Origin: Patescibacteria group bacterium
GTDB taxonomy: Bacteria > Patescibacteriota > Gracilibacteria > UBA1369
Assembly: GCA_018825335.1 (NCBI GenBank)
Contig: JAHJEW010000052.1
Span: 1 to 54,832 of the forward strand
Direction of reading: 5' to 3'
DNA: 54,832 bases
Part shown: positions 21,395 to 32,199 of the stretch, in pieces
How positions within the stretch are numbered: position 1 is the stretch's first letter
Layout of the letters: each line of letters opens with the position of its first letter
The notes under the pieces: generated by a model
The model's input: the letters and a program-made list of their open reading frames with translations, nothing else
Told to the model about the DNA's origin: nothing
Databases searched by the model: none
Program-made: the position numbers and the translations under genes

Positions 21395-22645
21395 TTAAGA
21401 CAGTAATTTTTTTGTGATTTGTTTGGAAAGTTCCACTCCCGGCTGGTTGAAGGCGTTGACGCCGAAAAATTCTCCCAGAAAAGATGTTGTGCTCTCAAAA
21501 AGCATGAACAGGCCGCCCAGAGTTTCTTCATTGATTTTATCAATTGCTATTTCAATATTGGGCCGGTCGTTTTTGGTAAGGGACTGTGCGGTGCCTTCCA
21601 TCTCTGTAAGAAGCAATTTGTTGAAAGATACGTTGTTAAGGTATTTCAGGCTTTCTTCCTGCGGATGAAGGTTTGGAATGTTTGCGTCGACGGCTGGCTT
21701 TTCAACTTTAATAAAAATATGCAGTTTGTCATTTGGTCCATCGTTCCAGAGCTGACTTTGTGAGTGTTGATCGGTTGCACCAAGCGCATTCACCGGTGTT
21801 ATGCCTACTCCGTTTTTGCCGATGCTTTCCGCCAAAAGTTGTCTGTACCAGTCGGTGAAGCGAATTAACTTTTGCGCGTACGGCATCATGACATTGATGG
21901 TTTTGCCTTTATTGTAGAGAAGATATTGAATCGATGCCAGGCGAAAAGGGAGATTTTCATTTGGATTTTCAGATAGAAAAGCTGTACGCATGTTTTTGGC
22001 GCCGGCCATTATATTTTCTATTTTCAGGTTTATCAGACGGGCCGGCAAAAGGCTTACGGCTGTAAGTACCGAGAATCTGCCACCCACGTTTTCCGGGACT
22101 TCAAAGGTCAGAATGCCTTCTTCGGTGGCGATTTTACGCAGGAGTCCCTGATCCGGATCGGTGATGAAAAGAAAATGATCGGAGACCTTAAGGTCTGAAT
22201 TTTGGCAGAGATTCCGGAAATACATATACTGCGATATGGTTTCCGGTGTCGTGCCCGATTTGGTCACAACGATAAAAAGAGTACGTTTAAGGTCGATGGC
22301 GTCCTGAATCTCTTTAATGATTACCGGGTCGATGTTGTCCAGTACATGGAGTTTTGACGGCGCGAAAAGGTGTGTCAGGCCCTGTTGCAGGGCAATGGTG
22401 CCAAGCGCCGATCCTCCGATTCCAAGCACTACAAAGTGGTCGAATTTGCCCGCGGTATTAACCGCAAAGGAATTTATTTTTTCGATTAGGGTCGGATCGT
22501 CGATTACTTTGTAAAAACCCTGATTTTTGCTTTCTATATTCTTCAAATAACCGGGAATGAGCGCGGATCCTTTTTCGATATCGCCGGCGGCCAGGCCGTG
22601 TTCCGCGGCGATTTTCTCAAGGTTTTCTGTTGTTAGAGTGATCAT
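21395..22645 (-). CDS. pgi: Glucose-6-phosphate isomerase
   Basis: 416 aa. Motifs: VVLGIGGSALG, VTKSGTTPET, GGRFSV and ATDQHSQ. Confidence 0.9.
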   Translation of the reverse strand: MITLTTENLEKIAAEHGLAAGDIEKGSALIPGYLKNIESKNQGFYKVIDDPTLIEKINSFAVNTAGKFDHFVVLGIGGSALGTIALQQGLTHLFAPSKLHVLDNIDPVIIKEIQDAIDLKRTLFIVVTKSGTTPETISQYMYFRNLCQNSDLKVSDHFLFITDPDQGLLRKIATEEGILTFEVPENVGGRFSVLTAVSLLPARLINLKIENIMAGAKNMRTAFLSENPNENLPFRLASIQYLLYNKGKTINVMMPYAQKLIRFTDWYRQLLAESIGKNGVGITPVNALGATDQHSQSQLWNDGPNDKLHIFIKVEKPAVDANIPNLHPQEESLKYLNNVSFNKLLLTEMEGTAQSLTKNDRPNIEIAIDKINEETLGGLFMLFESTTSFLGEFFGVNAFNQPGVELSKQITKKLLS

Positions 22646-22648
22646 AAG

Positions 22649-23299
22649 CTACTTAAGGTCTTTTACTTTTTCCCAGTCTTCAAGGAATTTTTTAAGTCCT
22701 ATATCGGTGAGGGGATGTTTGATTAAAAGATCGAAAACTTCCGGGGGTACGGTGGCGATTGAAGCGCCAAGGCGGGCCGCATCTATTACATGCCTTGGGT
22801 GTCTTATGCTGGCCACAAGGATTTTTGTTTTAAAATCATAGTTTCCAAAAATTTGGGCAATTTCCGCAATCAATTCCATGCCGTCCTGGCAGATGTCGTC
22901 CAGTCTGCCAATAAAAGGGCTTACAACTGTTGCGCCCGCTTTTGCGGCCAACAGGGCCTGTCCGGCCGAGAAAATCAGTGTGACGTTGACGTTTACGCCT
23001 TCGGCGCTGAGAGTTTTGCATGCGCGCAGGCCGTCCTGCGTAATGGGAACTTTGACGTAAATGTTCTTGTGCCATTTGGCGTATTTTCTTGCTTCTTCAA
23101 GCATACCTTCGTAATCTGCTGCGATGACTTCGGTACTTATGGGACCGTCCACGACTTCGAGAATTTCTTTTATTCTTTTTTCCAAAGAGACGCCCTCTTT
23201 GGAAATGAGAGAGGGGTTTGTTGTGACTCCGTCGACAACTCCCCAGGCCGCGTATTTTTTAATGGCTTCTATATTGGCGGTGTCCAGGAAAAATTGCAT
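22649..23299 (-). CDS. tal: Transaldolase / fructose-6-phosphate aldolase family (short form)
   Basis: [15 protein letters not shown]...GVTTNPSL...KVPIT (Schiff-base Lys region). The track ORF extends to 23449 and would overlap purA. The ATG at 23299 gives the canonical 216-aa protein. Confidence 0.9.
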   Translation of the reverse strand: MQFFLDTANIEAIKKYAAWGVVDGVTTNPSLISKEGVSLEKRIKEILEVVDGPISTEVIAADYEGMLEEARKYAKWHKNIYVKVPITQDGLRACKTLSAEGVNVNVTLIFSAGQALLAAKAGATVVSPFIGRLDDICQDGMELIAEIAQIFGNYDFKTKILVASIRHPRHVIDAARLGASIATVPPEVFDLLIKHPLTDIGLKKFLEDWEKVKDLK

Positions 23300-23387
23300 G
23301 GTAAATTTTAAAGTATTATTTGTCTTCGATATAATACGGAATTTGTGCAGTGTGTACAGAGCTGTTTTGATAACGATTTTGCGGCGA

Positions 23388-24698
23388 TTATTTTTCAGCC
23401 ATTTGATCGCGGCTGACGCCGACGCCCACGAAATCGACCGGACATTCAAGGAGTTCCTCTATTTTCTGTACATATTTACGGGCGTTTTCAGGGAGGTCCG
23501 CTATTTTGCGGGCGCCGGATATGTCCTGTTTCCATCCGGGCATTTCTATGTACTTTACTTCAAGATTTTCCAAAACTTCGGCGTCAGCCGGAAAAGACTG
23601 AAGTGTTTTCCCGTTGTATTCGTAGGCCACGCCGATTTTTATTACATCAAGATTGTCCAAAATGTCCAGTTTGGTCAGATTAATGCTGGTCATTCCATTT
23701 AATTGTGCGGAATATTTTGACGCTACCGCGTCAAACCAGCCGCAGCGCCTGGGCCGGCCCGTGGTGGAACCGAATTCCCCGCCGGTCTGCCTTATTTTTT
23801 CGCCGATTTCATTGTCCTGCTCGGTTGGAAAGGGGCCGGCCCCTACACGTGTGCAATAAGCTTTCATGATCCCGATAATTGCAGTGATTTTATTCGGAGC
23901 CACGCCGCTTCCGGCAATCGCCCCGCCAATCGAAGCGTTGGAAGACGTTACAAATGGGAAAGTTCCGTGGTCGACGTCCAAAAGCGTTCCGTTGGCGCCC
24001 TCGATTAAAACTTTTTTGCCGTCTTTTATGGCTTTGTTCAGATAGTAGGAGGTGTCGGTAATAAGCGGTTTGATTTCAGGGAGCATCTTTCGATAATAAT
24101 CAATTTCCTGCTGCGCGTCGAATTCGAAGTCGTATGCTTTCGCAAGATTGGCAACGTTCTGGCGCAGTTTGTTCTCAAATCGTTCAAAATCCAAAAGCTC
24201 ATGAACACGTATGCCGGTTCTGCCGATTTTTTCGGCGTACGCGGGGCCTATTCCACGTCTGGTGGTACCGACCATATTTTTACCTTTTCGCTCCTCCTGA
24301 ATGCCGTCGACTATTTTGTGGTACTCGAAAAGCAAATGCGCGCGGTCGGAAATAAAGAGTCTGCCGCTTATATCCACACCGCTTGTTTTCAGGAATTCTA
24401 TCTCTTCGAAAAGTGTTGGAATATGAAGTACAACCCCATTGCCAATCACGCCTATTACGTTTGGATATAAAACCCCCGAGGGCATTAAATGAAAAATGAA
24501 TTTCTTTTTCCCATTTTCGTTTACCGGATCGGGAACATAGACCGTGTGTCCCGCGTTGGCGCCGCCGGTGGCGCGGGCAACAATGTCGTACTGCTCCGCC
24601 ATAATGTCTATTAATTTTCCTTTTCCCTCGTCACCCCACTGCCCGCCAAGTATTACGGAAACGTTGCCGAATTTTTGAATGAGATCTCTTGTGGCCAT
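23388..24698 (-). CDS. purA: Adenylosuccinate synthetase
   Basis: 436 aa. Motifs: [26 protein letters not shown] and [11 protein letters not shown]. Confidence 0.95.
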   Translation of the reverse strand: MATRDLIQKFGNVSVILGGQWGDEGKGKLIDIMAEQYDIVARATGGANAGHTVYVPDPVNENGKKKFIFHLMPSGVLYPNVIGVIGNGVVLHIPTLFEEIEFLKTSGVDISGRLFISDRAHLLFEYHKIVDGIQEERKGKNMVGTTRRGIGPAYAEKIGRTGIRVHELLDFERFENKLRQNVANLAKAYDFEFDAQQEIDYYRKMLPEIKPLITDTSYYLNKAIKDGKKVLIEGANGTLLDVDHGTFPFVTSSNASIGGAIAGSGVAPNKITAIIGIMKAYCTRVGAGPFPTEQDNEIGEKIRQTGGEFGSTTGRPRRCGWFDAVASKYSAQLNGMTSINLTKLDILDNLDVIKIGVAYEYNGKTLQSFPADAEVLENLEVKYIEMPGWKQDISGARKIADLPENARKYVQKIEELLECPVDFVGVGVSRDQMAEK

Positions 24699-24834
24699 AT
24701 TTTTTTATGGTGATGATATTTGTTCGATCATAGATATATCACAGCCCCCGGCGCAATGATAGATTTGTCCATTTTTCTTGCATTAACGGGTCAATATCCC
24801 GTATAGTGAAGCAGCTTTTCTTTATCCTTCAAAG

Positions 24835-25803
24835 ATGCTTTCACCGGAAGAAATAAGTGCACAAATACCGTTTTGTCTGGATGGTACGGATTTCCCCACG
24901 CTCGGGAAAAAATATGCCGGCAAAGTCCGTGACAATTACACAAAAGATGGAAAACGGTTCATTATTGTTACAGACAGGCTTTCCGCTTTTGACCGGATTA
25001 TTACTCTGATTCCTTTCAAGGGTCAGGTACTTAATCAGATTGCCAGATTCTGGTTCGATCAGACAAAAGATATAATGGGAAATCATGTTATAGAGTTTCC
25101 GGATGAGAATGTCGTTATTGCCAAAGAGTGCACACCTTTGCCGATTGAGATGGTGGTGCGCGGATATATTACGGGAGTTACGACCACAAGCGCCTGGTAT
25201 AACTATGAGAAGGGAGTCCGGAATTTTTGCGGGAATATTTTACCTGAGGGACTTAAGAAGAATCAGAAGCTTGCCGCACCTATTTTGACTCCGTCCACAA
25301 AGGCGCTTAAAGGAGGGCACGATGAGTCCGTTTCGCGGGAAGAGATTCTGGAGCGCACAAATTTGACGGCCGGACAGTACGATGAGATTGCTGAAAAGTC
25401 TTTAAAACTGTATGCGCGCGGAGTGGATATTTGCGCAAAGCAGGGGATTATTCTGGTCGATACGAAATACGAGTTCGGTTTGTTGCCGGAAGGTGAGATT
25501 GTTTTGATAGATGAGATCCATACGCCCGATTCTTCGCGCTTCTGGTTTGCCGATGAATATGAAAAAAGGTTTAATGCCGATATGGAACAAAAGAAAATCG
25601 ACAAGGAGTATCTGCGTGAATGGCTTGCCAATGAGAAAGGCTTTGTAGGGGAAGGGGATGTGCCATCGATCCCGGATGAGATCAGGGTGGAAACGGCGCG
25701 CCGTTACATTGAAGCGTATGAACTTATTACCGGTGCTTCGTTTAAGGCTCAGGTTGGATCTGTAATGGATCGTATACAAAAAAACTTACAAATATACCTA
25801 TGA
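24835..25803 (+). CDS. purC: SAICAR synthetase, long (yeast/animal-like) form
   Basis: 322 aa, against about 237 aa for the E. coli type. Motifs: GKVRDNY, VTDRLSAFD, LVDTKYEFG and DEIHTPDSSRFW. Confidence 0.9.
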   Translation: MLSPEEISAQIPFCLDGTDFPTLGKKYAGKVRDNYTKDGKRFIIVTDRLSAFDRIITLIPFKGQVLNQIARFWFDQTKDIMGNHVIEFPDENVVIAKECTPLPIEMVVRGYITGVTTTSAWYNYEKGVRNFCGNILPEGLKKNQKLAAPILTPSTKALKGGHDESVSREEILERTNLTAGQYDEIAEKSLKLYARGVDICAKQGIILVDTKYEFGLLPEGEIVLIDEIHTPDSSRFWFADEYEKRFNADMEQKKIDKEYLREWLANEKGFVGEGDVPSIPDEIRVETARRYIEAYELITGASFKAQVGSVMDRIQKNLQIYL

Positions 25804-26261
25804 AGATGATTGTTCCCATTTTGCTCGGATCGGAAAGTGATAGGCCCTGGGCGGCCAAGATCACGGACGAGCTGGATAAATGGGATATTCCTTATAAGAT
25901 TCATGTGGTTTCGGCCCATAAAGTGCCGGAGCTTTTGGTTGAGATTGTCCGGGAGTATAACGGTTTTGATGGTCTTCTCTGTTATGTGACGATTGCGGGC
26001 AGGTCCAACGGTTTGTCCGGATGCACTGCCGGTTCCAGTGTTCATCCGGTTATTGCCTGTCCTCCTTTTAAAGATAAAGAAGATATGATGATCAATCTGA
26101 ACTCTACGGTGCAGATGCCGTCGGAGACGCCTGTTTTAACAGTTCTGGATCCCAATAATGTTGTTAACGGCATTGTAAGGATATTTGCGCTGGGCAATAG
26201 TGACTTAAAAAAGCGTTACGAAAATCATATAAAAAAAATTAAGGCTTCATTTTATAAATAA
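25800..26261 (+). CDS. purE: Class II PurE (AIR carboxylase type)
   Basis: 153 aa. SAHKVP and AGRSNGLSG...HPVIACPP match the class II (animal PAICS / Treponema type) signatures SAHK and AGRSNGL. They do not match the class I signatures SAHRTP and AGGAAHLPG. An ATGA overlap joins it to purC, and a 1-nt overlap (TAATG) joins it to purB. Confidence 0.85.
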   Translation: MKMIVPILLGSESDRPWAAKITDELDKWDIPYKIHVVSAHKVPELLVEIVREYNGFDGLLCYVTIAGRSNGLSGCTAGSSVHPVIACPPFKDKEDMMINLNSTVQMPSETPVLTVLDPNNVVNGIVRIFALGNSDLKKRYENHIKKIKASFYK

Positions 26262-27640
26262 TGAGAGATCCATTAGACAATATTTCTCCGCTGGACGGCC
26301 GTTACGGCCAGAAGGTGGATGAACTGCGACAGTTTTTTTCGGAAGCTTCTTTAATGCGGCATAGGCTTATAGTTGAGGTGGAGTGGTTTATTTTTCTTTG
26401 CAATACCGCCAGATTAAAGGGTACTTTCGTACTGAAGCCTGTTTTACTTAAGGAGATAAGAAGTATTTACGAGTATTTTGACCTGGTTGATGCAAAACGG
26501 GTAAAGGAAATAGAAAAGATAACAAATCACGATGTTAAGGCGATTGAATATTTTATTAAAGAGAAGTTAAAAGGTTCCGCTTTTGAACCTTATCTGGAGT
26601 TTGTTCATTTTGGTTGCACATCGGAGGATATTAATAATTTGTCCTATGCCATGATGCTGAAGGGGGCCATGGAAGGAGTAATTTTCCCTGTTATGACAGG
26701 TGTTGCCGAACTGGTTTATCAGTTGGCCAAAAAGTATAAATCCGTGGCAATGATGTCCCGTACACACGGTCAACCGGCCACTCCCACAACGGTTGGCAAG
26801 GAGTTTGTGAATTTTATTGCGAGGATGGAAAGGCAGATGGCGTCTTTAAAGCTTATAGTGCTATTGGGAAAGATGAATGGGGCTGTCGGAAATTTCAATG
26901 CCCATGTTATTGCTTATCCAAAGCTTAAATGGATGGAATTGAGTACAAAATTTATACAAGGCTTAGGACTTGAAGTTAATGCATACACCACTCAGATTGA
27001 GCCGCACGATTACAATGCTGAAATATTTGATGCGATACGTCGGTTTAATACTGTATTGATTGATATGAACCGCGATATTTGGTCATATATAAGTATTGGT
27101 TATTTTAAGCAACATCTGAAAGCAGGAGAGGTCGGTTCTTCCACTATGCCGCATAAAGTGAATCCTATTGATTTTGAAAACAGTGAGGGAAATCTTGGGA
27201 TGGCTAATGCCATACTTGGACATCTTGCGGAGAAGCTGCCTCTTTCACGTATGCAGAGAGATCTTACGGATTCCACGGTTATAAGGAATATTGGCTCCGC
27301 GCTCGCGTACAGTCTATTGGCGTACAAAAATTGTATACAGGGATTGCATAAAATTGATCTGAATAAGAAAGTTTTGGAAGATGATCTAGATGTCAACTGG
27401 GAGCTTTTGGCCGAGCCCATTCAAACTGCTATGCGGAGATATGGAGTGAAAAACGCTTATGAACAGCTAAAATCTCTCACCCGCGGTAAATCGGTGAATA
27501 AAAAAATAGTACATAAGTTTATTGATGGTCTGGATATTCCCGCAGGTGAGAAAAAGAGATTAAAATCGCTTACTCCTTCAAAGTACATTGGCCTGGCCGT
27601 TGAATTAGTGGATGGCTATCAGCCTAATTTTCTAAAGTAA
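26261..27640 (+). CDS. purB: Adenylosuccinate lyase
   Basis: 459 aa. Motifs: SPLDGRY, HFGCTSEDINN and the signature SSTMPHKVNPIDFEN. Confidence 0.95.
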   Translation: MRDPLDNISPLDGRYGQKVDELRQFFSEASLMRHRLIVEVEWFIFLCNTARLKGTFVLKPVLLKEIRSIYEYFDLVDAKRVKEIEKITNHDVKAIEYFIKEKLKGSAFEPYLEFVHFGCTSEDINNLSYAMMLKGAMEGVIFPVMTGVAELVYQLAKKYKSVAMMSRTHGQPATPTTVGKEFVNFIARMERQMASLKLIVLLGKMNGAVGNFNAHVIAYPKLKWMELSTKFIQGLGLEVNAYTTQIEPHDYNAEIFDAIRRFNTVLIDMNRDIWSYISIGYFKQHLKAGEVGSSTMPHKVNPIDFENSEGNLGMANAILGHLAEKLPLSRMQRDLTDSTVIRNIGSALAYSLLAYKNCIQGLHKIDLNKKVLEDDLDVNWELLAEPIQTAMRRYGVKNAYEQLKSLTRGKSVNKKIVHKFIDGLDIPAGEKKRLKSLTPSKYIGLAVELVDGYQPNFLK

Positions 27641-27645
27641 TGATT

Positions 27646-28269
27646 TTAACCGGTTTTTTCATCCGGCTTATCTTTATTTACGTTCCGGATTCCCGTTACT
27701 TCGTCTTCCCAGTCCTCTTCATCAAGTTCCGGAAGGCTTGGTGATGCAATTTCAATTTTTGGAGGAGGTACTGATTTCAGGTGAAGAGGCGCCGGTTTTG
27801 AAGGTTTTTTGGCTCCAAGGAAGGGTTCCGCAGCAATAAGATCTTTTATGTCCGTTCTTATTTTGTATGGAGATCCAAGCGTATCAGAGGGGTCGCGTTT
27901 TTTGAGATGGGATCTGAAAATTTCTTCCTGACCGTTATTACAATTTTCATCAGCTATAGATTCTACAGTGGCTTCGTCGAAAAATATCTGATCGTTATCT
28001 TCGTCGAGTTCGCGCTTGTTATTGCCATCAACTATAAAAACGCGGCCGTCGGGTCTGGATTCTATGGTTTGTATGCTTTCCGATTCTATTTCGCGGATAA
28101 GAGCGCGTACAGTGAAAGGTTTCATCCCTTTAAAAACTGTTTTCAGGTTCAAATAGAGGTTTCCGTAAAGGAATTTGACCGTTTCGTCCTGAGCGGCTTC
28201 TTTGGCCGGAATAATCGATCCATGGCCTGATTCTTCCGGAGATCTGCGGGCGGCATTTTCCTGTTGCAT
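27646..28269 (-). CDS. Hypothetical protein (acidic, Pro/Lys-rich C-terminal half)
   Basis: 207-aa ORF with an ATG start, filling the gap between purB and ileS. No recognisable motif. Confidence 0.55.
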   Translation of the reverse strand: MQQENAARRSPEESGHGSIIPAKEAAQDETVKFLYGNLYLNLKTVFKGMKPFTVRALIREIESESIQTIESRPDGRVFIVDGNNKRELDEDNDQIFFDEATVESIADENCNNGQEEIFRSHLKKRDPSDTLGSPYKIRTDIKDLIAAEPFLGAKKPSKPAPLHLKSVPPPKIEIASPSLPELDEEDWEDEVTGIRNVNKDKPDEKTG

Positions 28270-28370
28270 GGATGGATGGTTAAGAAATATGTTTTGTTTC
28301 TTTATTATAGCATTTCCAGCTTGTTGATCAAAATATAATCCGCTAGAATAAGGCGGAATTCTCTTGAAAT

Positions 28371-31300
28371 ATGTTTAAATCTGTTAATCCAAAACAATCT
28401 TTCCCGAAACTGGAACATGAAATTCTTGATTTCTGGGAAAAACAAAATATTTTCGAAAAATCGGTACAGGCAAGGAAAGAAAACAAGAAATATGTTTTTT
28501 TCGATGGTCCGCCTTTTGCCAATGGCTTGCCGCATTACGGGCATATCCTGGCCAATGCCTTAAAAGATGCCGTTACAAGATATTGGACGATGAAAGGTTA
28601 CTATGTGCCAAGGACGAACGGGTGGGATTGTCATGGACTGCCTGTTGAGTATGAGGTGGAAAAGGAGGCGCAGTTGTCCGGACGAAAAGATATTGAAAAA
28701 ATGGGAGTGGAGAAATTCAACAATATGTGTCGTGAGAGTGTTTTTCGATATACCAAAGAATGGGAAGGGCTTTTAAAGCGGATTGCGCGCTGGGTGGATT
28801 TTGAAGACAGCTATGCAACACTGGACAATGAATATATGGAGTCGATCTGGTGGGTTTTTAAGCAAATATGGCTTAAGGAAATGATTTATCAGGGCTATAA
28901 AAGTATGCATATTTGTCCGCGCTGTGAAACGCCTTTGTCCAATTTTGAGGTTTCGCAGGGATATAAAGATGTTACAGATTTGTCAGTGACGGCCAAGTTT
29001 AAGTTGAAAGATGAGGATACTTATTTATTGGCTTGGACAACGACTCCGTGGACGCTTCCCGGAAATGTTGCACTTTGCATGGGGCCGAAGATTGCGTACA
29101 ACAGGGTCGGTGTCAGGTTTGAGGACGGATCGGAGGAGGTTTACATTGTGGCGAAAGAGCTGGTGGAAAAGGTTTTCAAGGATATGAACTACAATGTTCT
29201 GGAAAAAGTTAAACCTCAGGATCTTGAAGGGAAGGAGTTTGAGCCGCTATTGCCTTTTTACGCCGGAATGGCAAAGAAAGGCGGTTTTAAGGTGGTTTTG
29301 GGCGACTTTGTTACGACCGAGGAAGGAACGGGAATTGTGCACATTGCGCCAATGTTTGGTGAGGACGATTATGAAATCGCGAAGAAGTATAATCTGCCAA
29401 TGATCCAGCATGTAAAAATGGATGGGACGTTTAAGGATGAAGTCAAGCCATGGGCCGGGAAATTTGTGAAAGGGCAGGATCAGAATGTTGCAGATTATCT
29501 TGAAGAAAAAGGGCGGCTTTTCGGAAAGGAGAATTTTCGGCACAGCTATCCGCATTGCTGGCGCTGCGATACGCCTTTATTGAATTATTCCACGCGAAGC
29601 TGGTTTATTAGAGTGACCAGTTTGAAGGACCGGCTTGTAAAAAATAATAAGAAAATACACTGGCAACCACCGCATATTCAGCAGGGGCGTTTTGGGAAAT
29701 GGCTTGAGGGTGCAAGGGACTGGGCGATTTCACGCAACAGGTTTTGGGGTTGCGCTATTCCGGTATGGGAATGTGAGAAGGGGCACACGCAGTGTATCGG
29801 TTCGATTGAGGAATTAAAGGAACGCAGCGGCGGGAAACTACCTATGCGCGGTAAGGGGAAGTCGGCGGAGCTGGATCTGCATAAGCCTTACATTGATGAG
29901 ATTACTTTTAAATGCGATACCTGCGACGGGGAGATGCGCAGAATTCCGGAGGTTCTGGATTGCTGGTTTGAGAGCGGATCGATGCCTTACGCGCAGCTGC
30001 ATTATCCTTTCGAAAACAAGCAGGAATTCGAGGACAATTTTCCGGCAAATTTTATTGCGGAGGGGCTGGATCAGACGCGCGGCTGGTTTTATACACTTCA
30101 TGTTTTGTCGGCGATTTTGTTTAACAAACCGGCTTTTGAAAATGTGATCGTTAACGGAATTTTGCTGGCTGCGGACGGGGAGAAATTATCAAAACGAAAA
30201 AAGAATTATCCCGATCCGAATGTGCTTTTTGAAACTCAGGGTGTGGACGCTACGCGTATGTTTTTATACATGAGCACGGCGCCTCTGGCGGAGGATGTGC
30301 GCTTTAGCGAGCGGCATGTGGAGGAGGTGGTTAAGAAATTGTCTTTAACTTTGTGGAATGCGTACAGTTTTTTTGTTACTTACGCTAATATTGACGGATG
30401 GACGCCGGAAAAAGGGTCCGATGCGATGGCAGGTTTCGAACCTAAACATAAGCTGGATCAGTGGATTCTTTCGGAGCTGCACCAGCTTATTGATACTGTG
30501 ACTGAAGCCATGGACGATTATAATCTTTCCAAAGCCACGCGGCCGATTGCCGACTTTGTGGATGGACTCAGTAACTGGTATATTCGTCGCAGCCGCAGAC
30601 GCTTCTGGAAATCCGAGAATGACGAAGACAAGGTTCAGGCTTATCAGACTTTGCATATTGTGCTGGTTGAATTGAGTAAATTGATGGCACCTTTTATGCC
30701 TTTTTTGGCCGATGCGATTTATAAAAATCTTTCGGGCGAGAAATCGGTTCATATGGCGGACTGGCCGAAAGCGATTAAAGCTTATATACAGCCAAAACTT
30801 AATCGTGAACATCAACTTGTAAGGCAAATTGTAACGCTGGGTCACGGGGTGCGCGACAAAGCAAATATTAAGGTTCGTCAGCCGCTGGCGCTGGTTCAGC
30901 TTGGTCTTCCGGCGAATATTGATAGAGATGAGGTTTTGGCGCAAAAAGATGTGATTCTTGAAGAGCTTAATGTAAAGAGTCTAGATATTTTAAAAGATGC
31001 GGATGAGTTCGTGACGCGCGTTGTAATGCCGAATGCCCGCGTTCTTGGGCCCAAGTACGGCAAGGAGGTTCAGTCCATCATCCAAAAGGCCAAAGCGGGG
31101 GAGTTTGAGGTGATGGAAGACGGTTCGGTGCGGATAGGGGACTTCGTTTTGAGCGGTGATGAGGTGTCTGTCGGTTTTCACGGTAAAGAAGGATTTGACG
31201 TGGCCAGCAGCGGAGGTGTCTCGGTTGTGCTTGATACGACTTTGACAGATGAGCTTAAACAGGAAGGTCTGGCGCGCGAGATTGTTCGCAGAATTCAGGA

Positions 31301-31532
31301 TCTGCGCAAAGAAGCTTCCTACAAAGTTGATGATCGTATTTATGTTTTTGTTGAAGCGATCGGTGATGGGGAAGTTTCGTCACGTATTTCCACCGCGGTT
31401 TTGAACTTTGCGGATCACATAAAGCGTGAAACTCTGGCTCTTGAGCTTCAGGATAAGGGTGATTTTGAGTGGGATAAAGAGGTGATTGCGGATATTGAGG
31501 GTGCAAAGGTAAAGGTGGCGGTGAGGAGGTAG
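28371..31532 (+). CDS. ileS: Isoleucine--tRNA ligase, type 2 (eukaryote-like)
   Basis: 1053 aa. It has the HIGH motif PHYGHIL, the KMSKS motif KLSKRKKN, the editing-domain region WTTTPWTLPGN, and a type-2 C-terminal extension. Confidence 0.95.
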   Translation: MFKSVNPKQSFPKLEHEILDFWEKQNIFEKSVQARKENKKYVFFDGPPFANGLPHYGHILANALKDAVTRYWTMKGYYVPRTNGWDCHGLPVEYEVEKEAQLSGRKDIEKMGVEKFNNMCRESVFRYTKEWEGLLKRIARWVDFEDSYATLDNEYMESIWWVFKQIWLKEMIYQGYKSMHICPRCETPLSNFEVSQGYKDVTDLSVTAKFKLKDEDTYLLAWTTTPWTLPGNVALCMGPKIAYNRVGVRFEDGSEEVYIVAKELVEKVFKDMNYNVLEKVKPQDLEGKEFEPLLPFYAGMAKKGGFKVVLGDFVTTEEGTGIVHIAPMFGEDDYEIAKKYNLPMIQHVKMDGTFKDEVKPWAGKFVKGQDQNVADYLEEKGRLFGKENFRHSYPHCWRCDTPLLNYSTRSWFIRVTSLKDRLVKNNKKIHWQPPHIQQGRFGKWLEGARDWAISRNRFWGCAIPVWECEKGHTQCIGSIEELKERSGGKLPMRGKGKSAELDLHKPYIDEITFKCDTCDGEMRRIPEVLDCWFESGSMPYAQLHYPFENKQEFEDNFPANFIAEGLDQTRGWFYTLHVLSAILFNKPAFENVIVNGILLAADGEKLSKRKKNYPDPNVLFETQGVDATRMFLYMSTAPLAEDVRFSERHVEEVVKKLSLTLWNAYSFFVTYANIDGWTPEKGSDAMAGFEPKHKLDQWILSELHQLIDTVTEAMDDYNLSKATRPIADFVDGLSNWYIRRSRRRFWKSENDEDKVQAYQTLHIVLVELSKLMAPFMPFLADAIYKNLSGEKSVHMADWPKAIKAYIQPKLNREHQLVRQIVTLGHGVRDKANIKVRQPLALVQLGLPANIDRDEVLAQKDVILEELNVKSLDILKDADEFVTRVVMPNARVLGPKYGKEVQSIIQKAKAGEFEVMEDGSVRIGDFVLSGDEVSVGFHGKEGFDVASSGGVSVVLDTTLTDELKQEGLAREIVRRIQDLRKEASYKVDDRIYVFVEAIGDGEVSSRISTAVLNFADHIKRETLALELQDKGDFEWDKEVIADIEGAKVKVAVRR

Positions 31533-31589
31533 CAATAGATGTTTTTTGCGGGCGTTGAGTCCCTTTTCTATTCATGCTAAAGTACGTCC

Positions 31590-31964
31590 ATGCTGAATAA
31601 AATCATTTACGGGATAGTGCTGAACAGTCTGGCTCTATACCTGGTGACCAAGTTTTTGCCGGAGCAGCTGGCATTTACCGGTGGGGTTAAGTTTTATCTG
31701 CTTGGGGGATTGATTATTGGTGTTCTCAACACGTTTGTTAAACCTCTTATGAAGATTTTGTCTTTCCCCTTTGTGATTATGACGGCCGGCCTGTTTATTT
31801 TGGTTATTAATGCTATTATCTTCTGGTTGACCGTGAAACTTGTGAATGTTATTAGTATTGCCGATATTACGGTAACGGTAAGTTCGGCATGGACTTATTT
31901 GATTGGCGCGATTGTATTTGGTCTTGTTAACTGGGTTTTACATCTAATTATTCACAATAAGTAA
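31590..31964 (+). CDS. Four-TM membrane protein of the phage-holin-4_2 family
   Basis: 124 aa. The motif LLGGLIIGVLNTFVKPLMKILSFPFVIMTAGLFILVINAIIFWL is typical of this widespread family. Confidence 0.75.
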   Translation: MLNKIIYGIVLNSLALYLVTKFLPEQLAFTGGVKFYLLGGLIIGVLNTFVKPLMKILSFPFVIMTAGLFILVINAIIFWLTVKLVNVISIADITVTVSSAWTYLIGAIVFGLVNWVLHLIIHNK

Positions 31965-31965
31965 T

Positions 31966-32190
31966 ATGAAAAATTTCCTGATTGTTTTGCAGATAATTGT
32001 ATCAGTTCTGTTTATGCTCAGCGTGCTTGTACAACAAAAGAGTTCAGGCTTTTCTTCGGCAATGGGCGGTCAGTCCGGTGCTACGGTACAATCCACCAAG
32101 CGTGGTGCCGAAAAGGTGGTTGCCCGGGCATCGGTGGTGTTGGCGATTATTTTCGTTGTGCTTTCGCTGGCTTTTGTGTTTGTTCCCTAA
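31966..32190 (+). CDS. secG: Preprotein translocase subunit SecG
   Basis: 74 aa. It has two TM helices flanking the Gly/Ser-rich loop (LVQQKSSGFSSAMGGQSG). Confidence 0.8.
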   Translation: MKNFLIVLQIIVSVLFMLSVLVQQKSSGFSSAMGGQSGATVQSTKRGAEKVVARASVVLAIIFVVLSLAFVFVP

Positions 32191-32199
32191 AGTTTTTGT

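Noticed and set aside
23300-23449. The 50-codon N-terminal extension of the transaldolase ORF. Comparable track extensions occur for lepA (11187), ssb (39879), the SBP lipoprotein (41295), lepB (50257) and gatB (51924).
   Set aside because: The extensions start at TTG or at upstream codons. They overlap neighbouring genes or add non-conserved residues before canonical N-termini, so internal ATG starts were chosen.
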